From Sphacelaria rigidula (lineage: Eukaryota), in contig CAXNAA020000011.1 of the NCBI GenBank assembly GCA_964200075.2, positions 1 through 39,581 on the forward strand: DNA of 39,581 bases, in the 5' to 3' direction. Position numbers and translations under genes: made by a program. Position 1 is the stretch's first letter. Every line of letters begins with the position of its first letter. Under the pieces are notes generated by a model. It was not told the origin of the DNA. It saw only the letters and a program-made list of their open reading frames with translations, and did not search any database. Positions 32,701-39,581 of the stretch are shown one piece after another.

Positions 32701-35700
32701 GGCATCGAGGCCAGACTCCTCCACATTGCAGAGGAGGTCCCGCACGCCGTCGCAACTGTGCAAGGTCTCGACGCGGCCACTAAGGTTGCAGTGCAGCTCA
32801 GCAAAGCTATTGGCGCGAGTGATACTTTTCAGCGTTCTCAGATGCTCGGTGCCGTCGCAGACCTGGCAACGTCACTTGTTACGCCGGCAGAGACAATTCG
32901 GAAAGCGTTCGAAAGAGAGGGATGGCACTCACTAACGTTGGAGGAACAACAGTGGGTCACGGTGGATCAAAGCATGTGTCCCGAGAAGTACTCTTGGCTT
33001 CGGCAGCAACAGCAGGAAGAAGATGAGAGAAGGACGAGAAAGGGCGGCAAACAGAGAAAGAAAACTCGCAAGAATCCTGCTATTGATCAATGTAGGTTTC
33101 ATAGAGACGAGCTGCAGCGTATCCTTGCAGAGCCTGTCGAGAACCTGAATCGCAGAGAGATGCACGTGCGTAAGCTTGTGAACAAATTCCACGATGACCC
33201 TCAGCTTATTCAGAACGCTGGCACGCAAGAGGCGGCTTGCCGTGACGTCAGCACATTAGCACAAAGAACACGGAGGAAGACCAGAGCTGAACTCACCGTT
33301 GACGAGAAGGAATGGATTTCGCTGGATAAGATCCTGAACCCGCAGGTAAGTTCAATTCTTTACCATCACTTCATGCCGTGAGGATATCATTTTTTCTATT
33401 CGTCGCTTCGAGACGGGCACAAAAGTTTCCAAATGTAGCCATTAGAGTGGCATTTCACGCTCCCACTCGCGCTTTGATGAAGGCTGCTGGACGAGCTGCA
33501 CCCGAACTAACGTGCGACAACTGACGATCCTGAACGAAGGTATGGGAAGGTGAGGTGGACGATACTCTCCGGACTGGAAACGGCGACTGTGAATTGACTC
33601 TCCAAGAGGAGCAGGTGACGGTAGTTGCTCTCGTGAGGATTTTGTGCTTCTCGTTTCTACGGCGCTTCATCACCGATTACGAGTCATATCCTGAAAATAA
33701 ATAAACCCTTCTCTCCGCGACGTGCAGATGTACAGTCGTGGAGCTGTGGACATTCGTTCTGATCTCGTGCAACCTGCCGGCCGCGTTTCATTACACAAAT
33801 GCTCACGTTGTAATTTCTTCCTGCGCTACGCCAGGAACCACGGCGATGTCGGCTCTCTCGAAATGAACTTCTACGAATATGGAAATGTTGCAGAGGTTCT
33901 CCAGAAGCAACTGCCGACGGAAGACGAATCTTCAGTCTCCTAACAACGTTTAACGGACCGTACCAGGTAGAGAAGCAGTAAGAACCAGCAGTGCCTTCAT
34001 AGAGAGAAAACTTAATACTCATTAACCAAGCATTTTTTACCAGTCAAACGCCACTTGAAAAAATAGGTTTATCATAATGCTCTGGGTACGAACAACTACT
34101 TCATCGTCGGTTGTGGGTTGTGTATGCAAAAGGAGCAAGGAGTTAACCGCATCCTTCGTCGCATCCACACCAGGCGGAGAGGCGGACCAAGGACACCAAA
34201 GCCTGGAGGGGGATTCAAATGGGGAAAACCGGTGCAAGTCTTTATACAGATGTCGACAAGCGTGTACGAGAGTTACAGCTGGAATTGGATCGAGTATCTC
34301 ACAGCAACAACCCACAAATGAATAGCTCTGCGCTGCGTGTCGTGCCACAGCGATACCCGAAAGGCACATTGCGACTAGAGCTGGAGCGGCAGCTCGAACT
34401 TTTGCTCCGGGAGCAGGTAAGGTCATTAACATCGGTGACTTCCATAAGTAACAACCATACGGTTTTTGCCCGACTTACTCTGTGATATCGGTGCTCATCG
34501 AATGCCAGGTGCAGCAACGCGAGCGAAAAAACAGCTACCTTGTCGAGGATTGCAGTAGCAGTGAGGACGAGCAGAATGATGGCCCTGCTGACGAACAAAT
34601 TCTACGAATCACAAAGGCGGAGAGGAGGAAGATGCGCCGATTGAAGCGCCGAGAAAGTCGTGGTGGTGTTAATATCTTCGCCGCTCGTAAACGTGTACTG
34701 CTAGAAGCGAGCAGGACAGCACTTCAGAAGGAGAACGCGAGGAAAGTAGCTCAACTTGGGCCTGGCGGATGCCAAGCGTGCATGACAAATCCCTGCAGCC
34801 ACACCCCTGTGCTCAATGTTGAGGTAAACACTATTGGAGTGTCACATGCGTTTTATGAAGAAGATGCGACCTGTCGTGCCTTGGTACCTCGCTGTGTTTC
34901 GTTGTGTACATCGTACGAGAATAACTCAAGTAAAGCGCTGTACATGTAATCAATCCTGCTCGACATGTCGCTTCCGGCAGTTGCACAGAAGACAATGCAG
35001 AATAGCGTGTTCACCATCTTGTGTTAATTTTAATTGTACACCGATGTGCACTTTCGTCTTGTGAGTGTTGCTGTGTCTCCGTAATTCGCACAGGGTACCA
35101 ATGCTCGCTTGAGACGGGTGGCTGACGAGCTCTACTACGCAAGGATACACACCGAGGATGTAATTGAAAGCACTGTGCCATTGTCCACAACAAGGAACGG
35201 CAAAACAGTTTTTCGTCGAACTGAACTCATCGAGGAGCTGAGCTCGGAGCTCAAGTGCTTGAGGTTCAAGTTGAAACTCCACCTCATCGACCACGAGCTC
35301 CACGAAGCCAACCAGACCACCAAAGAGAACATCGAGAGCGTCGCCTTGCACGGCTATCGTACGTTCTTGTGGACAAAAGACGCAATAATTGCCCTTGAAC
35401 GAGAGCACAATAGACTTGTAGCCCGACTCGTGGCAATTGAGATTACCGACGACATACTAGAGTGGATGCTGGAAGGATGGCACTTCGGAGAGCGTCAATC
35501 CAGATACGAGGCGGTGGGCTACGTGCCTAGCATAAGAAAAGACGGGTTCGTCAAACCTGGTGTAGACACGAAGGTAATTGCTCCGGTCAAATAAGAAGCG
35601 GTGAGAAATGTCTTTCGTCGATCCATTGCCCATCCCTTCATGCTAAAGCTTCTCGACATATCGCGGTTGCTCAAATGCCAGATAAAGGACCAACCAGACG

Positions 35701-36639
35701 TGGAACAAGAGATCACACTCCAGGAGCAAAAAGAAGACAAGGCAAGCAAATTCACTCTTCCTCCGGGAATTGCAACCAGCAGCTGGAACAAGAGCGCCGA
35801 GCGTGTTGTAAAACCCGGTGGTGTACATGATGAGGAGATTAGCTTTTTGGAGAGAACACTGCGTTTTGGTCTGTTTTGCGTGGCGGTGATGTACTTCAGA
35901 GCGAAATGGCTTCTCGCTCGACAGAGGCAAGGGGTGGCTAGCTTCAAACTTGGTTGGACGATTGATGTCGGCGTGCCCGCGAGGGCTCAGCGTAGAGCTG
36001 CTACTGTCCTCAGTGTCAACAGCATGCAAGCCGGGTACCAACGCGTCAAGGTGAGAGATACCCTTATTATTACAGTACAACAATAGTGCCGGTTCAACGC
36101 ATGGTGCCCGAATTTGTGTAGCATATGTGATAATCAATCGACACAACGCGCCAAGTGACTGTGTTTCGGGAAAATATCCCTCACGAAACTCCCGTCGACG
36201 CTATGCGGTCGCAAAAATGTCCTTGTTGCAGGTACGAAAGGAGAAGGAGCAAGCGGAAGTCTTGGCGGACTTCGCGGGATTTCTGGCGGTAGAACGAAGA
36301 GAAGTAGAGGCTACACAGCGTATACAGCGAATGTATCGCGGACATATCGGGCGCAAAGCAGCCCAAAGATGGGCTGCAAAACGAGCCGAGTACAACGCCA
36401 CGAATGCACTTATGGTGTCAGCTGCTGTATCTTTACAACGACTGATGAGAGGCAGCTGGGGAAGAAGCCGCGCGAAGACTGTCCGAGCTGGAATAGCTAG
36501 GTGGATAGCGCACTTGTTTGACGACGAAGCCCGGGACTTCGAGGCCGAAATATTGATGAATAACAAAGTCGAGGCCCTAAAGCGAGGACTTAGAGAATTG
36601 GGTGCAGGCAACGGCGACGATGGCGACTCAGACACATAG
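20737..36639 (+). CDS. Giant uncharacterised multidomain protein, about 2,877 aa, 20 exons: degenerate EF-hand pair, inactive alpha/beta-hydrolase (NDRG-like) domain, coiled coils, internal repeats, two IQ motifs
   Basis: Exons with GT-AG junctions and consistent phase total 8,634 nt in one open frame: 20737-21132, 21754-21906, 22176-22534, 23822-24454, 24694-25201, 25553-25960, 26222-26518, 27021-27673, 28447-29320, 29481-29759, 30081-30650, 30945-31301, 32221-33345, 33540-33614, 33835-33966, 34174-34416, 34509-34823, 35094-35573, 35682-36050, 36232-36639 (TAG). IQ motifs are IQRMYRGHIGRK and LQRLMRGSWGRS. The small exons 14-15 and the exon 8 acceptor are the least certain. Confidence 0.85.
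21352..21702 (+). repeat. Dispersed repeat of about 350 bp, copy 2, in intron 1 of the giant gene
   Basis: Same blocks in the same order as 10246-10594. Confidence 0.85.
22743..22842. mobile_element. Hairpin element of about 95 bp, possibly a piggyBac-type MITE relic
   Basis: TTAA precedes CCTTTGACCACCTGGAGGATCATCTG, which is inverted as CAGATGATCCATCCCGGCGGTCAA. The right-hand TTAA is not preserved. Confidence 0.4.
23052..23271 (+). mobile_element. Orphan left end of the CACGGTTCGGACGAAT TIR family
   Basis: CAAGGTTCGGACGAATC lies at 23052. A palindrome TTGATTCGTAC-G-GTACGAATCAA lies at 23245-23267, and its arm GATTGATTCGTAC also occurs at 16720-16732 near the large element's right TIR. Confidence 0.5.
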
Positions 36640-36845
36640 CATTTCTGGACGCCGACAGCGACGGTGAAGGCCGACGACAGCGAACAGTTTAAAAGAGAGT
36701 GCCATGGTACTTTAACGCGAGGGAGTTTCGTATAATCGATCACTGTATGTATCTCATTTGTTGGGACGATGGTTATCCCCATACATGACGTATTTGAGAA
36801 AAGTCACGATATTTGCCGTCAGGGATACATCTGGCTGCCACCGCA

Positions 36846-38740
36846 TTACCGCTCCTCCACTTGAAACCCTGCTGAGTTCTCGTTGAAAGTCTCTTCAACT
36901 TCGAATCCCTTCTGGAAACGCACCGCCTCAGCCACCACACCTTCCACTGCAGCATGAGGCACTTTCGTTCGGTCTTCGCAAGTCGCGTCCGCCAAATCTC
37001 TGACGGGGGGAGTGCAATGTTACGTTGAGAATCGCAAGTGAGATCTACAGCAATACATGAGAACACGTCCGGCGATGGCGGGTCCGTGTATGACACGGTA
37101 TTTCTCCGCGAAAATTCCACAGCAGGCACGCTTAGGAGGGGTTAGGATTGGGTGTGTGGAAGCCAGTCTCCCGCCAACCTTTTGTGGGTGCAGTTACAAT
37201 GAGGCGAAGCAGCTTGTTTGGTTTTAACCCGCCGCTGTACGCCGTGACGGTTGCAGAGCGCGGTTTATTGGTGCCACAGGACGTCGTGCCTTCGGAAGAA
37301 AGGTGTCGGATAAAAGTTGGGTTTTGATATACGCTCTTAACCCCTTCCCTTCCTCGAGACAAGGGATAAACCCATCTCTATCCCGTTCCACGCCTTGCAT
37401 TTTGGTTTCGCGGAGTGGGTCAGCACTCGCGCAACACCCCGCAGTGCGTCAGCTCTCGTCAAACAAACTCAGCCAACTACTTTTCGGCTACTCACGTCCT
37501 CATGCCTTCGACGGCGGAAATCAAATAGTGTACATCGAACAAAAAAAAACCGCACATCCGGCGGGAATCTTACCCACAGTCTCTCCACCCTAGTGGTGAC
37601 AGTCAGACAACTACAGTAGACCACCGGGGCGCGAGAAAAGGCCCTGAAATCACGAAATTATCTAATTCACATAACGTGGGACCGAACTTCGGCTCATCGT
37701 ACGTGAGGCCAATTTCCGTTAAGCATCCCACAACCAAGTAGGTTTCAACACCGCAGGAAAAACAGTCGGTTCTTGAAATCCATGCGGAAATCAGGTGACT
37801 GGGTAGGTCTTTCTGAGTACCCCGGTTATATTCCCCCTTCTCTTCCCAGTTTCCCGCCTTTTCAACTTTTGGGGATGACCTCAAGCCGAAATAAGATTGA
37901 CTCTCCTTGGGCATACCTTATTTTTGTGGCGACCCGAGTTGCATGTCGCGTGGCTTCCTTGATCAAGTCATCACCCTGAGATCGAGCGACGCGTTTTTGG
38001 GCGAACTTCACAAGGTTAGTTAAGATCGAATTCATCGCTTGTAGCGTGGTATAGCCGGCGTGAAGTTCGCAGTGACTCTCTTACCTTCGTATCGGCATGC
38101 TGAAATTTTATTTCCCTTTGCCACAATGAAATAGCCTGCAGCATTCCGCGAGTATCGGCTACCTCTCTCTCGAGATCAGTCCTGTGGATTTGTGTCTCAA
38201 GCTCGTTTTCAGAATCCGGAGAATCCCCCAACTTGACCCATGAGTGAGCTGCACGGTACCAGGGGTGCCGGGCTTCGAAGCATTCTGCGCAGTAGAAACC
38301 ACGCCCACCTTTGAACCTTGAACAACTGTAGCACTGAATGGTCGCCTTCGTGTGGCCGCAGCACACTCCAATTGTGCAGATGAGTGGTGAAGGCTGGAAA
38401 AGCGCGCGACGAGCAAACGCACGATTCTCAGGGTTGTCATGGTCGTCGCGGTTTTCCCGCCTTCCTTCCTCCTCTTTCAATACATTTTTCATGCACGTTT
38501 CCACTCCTGTCGTTTATACTCATGCGTCCCTTACACTGTACAAAATGTGCATCGCCGTGTATCATCGCTAGCGCTGGGTCACATGCACTACAGGTGCATG
38601 CGCAATCACGAAACCGTACGTACCACATCTGCTCTAAACTGCAGTTATGAGCGCGTTGTTCTTGGGGTTGCTCCAGTTGATTTTCGGCACGGCGGAGTGG
38701 GTATCCAAAGTGAAAAAGTCTCAACACACTGAGATCGGCC
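36846..38740 (-). CDS. Partial multi-exon gene encoding a B-box-type zinc finger followed by a helical/coiled segment; probably extends beyond the window
   Basis: Exon 38506-38085 (AG acceptor, GT donor) encodes CTIGVCCGHTKATIQCYSCSRFKGGRGFYCAECFEARHPWYRAAHSW, a B-box-like Cys/His pattern. The next exon, 37975-37917, encodes GDDLIKEATRHATRVATKI. A candidate last exon lies near 37000-36846. Other exon boundaries are unresolved, so the start and end are approximate. Confidence 0.6.
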
Positions 38741-39581
38741 TGGAATCTAACCGGGTGGCCAGAGGCCTTAATGATGTAACAGCTGTTTCCAATCCCCTCG
38801 TCTGAAAAATCGACACACTAGTCCATCCCTGGTCATTTCTCTCCCTTCATGTGCCGATGGACGCCTTTTTACACGTGTGAGGTACGTCAACATTTTCGAC
38901 CTGACTCTTCGCAGTTGACCATATTGTACCTTGCATCATTCAGGGGTCAAAAGCAACCGTGCGGAAGTTAGACGCGTTTTCATTGAATAGAGAGCGGTCC
39001 CATGGTTGAGATCTGAGACTCTGAGGCGAAATACTGTTGTGGGCGACACCTCCTGCAGCGGCGATGTGATTCAGCTAACGCTCAACTGGTCAAAGACGGT
39101 AGAGTGATATCTAGCCTAGGATCAGCCTTGAGTAATTGCTTGAAGAGTTGTATACTCCGCGATGCTCACAATCAATCACCTTCAACACAAATAATACTGT
39201 ACTACGCCGTACTTTACAATCAATAAGAAGCTTCAACTCATTGGTTATCTTTGTTATTGAGGACTTGTTCACCCGAAGCGGGTCGTGGCTGGATGTACAG
39301 CAGATGATCGAAACCTTGGAAATGTGTTTAAATTAGTTTATACTAAAATGCTGACCTCCAAAGCGACGGTTTGAGAACGAAGTGATGCCAGGTGGCGATG
39401 ACGTATTGTCGAATCATCGTACGAGCTGGGTCAGCCAAGAGTAGGTGTGAATCTCGCTCAGGCGACGCACGGCGCGATATTACGAGTTGGACGCTGAAAA
39501 ATTGACAGCAGCTTTCAACAGTGGATCCTAGAAAATGGGGTTCATACAAAATATGGGGCTGAAGTGGCATTTCTCTTTTGC

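Noticed and set aside
33729-33943. Alternative exon MYSRGAVDIR... in the giant gene
   Set aside because: That frame ends in a stop at 33943. The frame from the 33835 acceptor stays open and completes the third internal repeat.
20737-36639. Treating the many plus-strand ORFs as separate genes or an operon
   Set aside because: Each is bounded by AG and GT splice sites, and the phases join into one continuous frame.
38741-39581. Precise upstream exons of the B-box gene
   Set aside because: Exon-like segments exist (for example about 39314-39213), but I could not join them in a unique phase-consistent way, so no coordinates are claimed.

Overview
This is intron-rich eukaryotic nuclear DNA, most likely from a stramenopile alga and probably a brown alga. 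That assignment is an inference from the sterol methyltransferase sequence, GT-AG introns with pyrimidine-rich CAG acceptors, and TTAGGG motifs. All splicing below was done by hand. (1) A complete 9-exon SAM-dependent sterol 24-C-methyltransferase gene lies on the minus strand (20053 to 2616, about 406 aa). Its 9.9-kb second intron holds a 6.9-kb TIR element with a perfect 8-bp target-site duplication (hAT-like, non-autonomous). That element is filled with nested insertions, including an intronless 612-codon decayed gag-like ORF with a CCCH finger. (2) Head-to-head with it is a 20-exon plus-strand gene (20737-36639) that splices into one open frame of about 2,877 aa. The protein has a degenerate EF-hand pair, an NDRG-like catalytically dead alpha/beta-hydrolase domain, long coiled coils, two unnamed internal repeat motifs and two C-terminal IQ motifs. 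(3) A partial convergent minus-strand gene with a B-box-type zinc finger lies at the right end. Several MITE-like palindromes and dispersed repeats occupy the introns. No prokaryotic system, CRISPR array, rRNA or tRNA was recognised.
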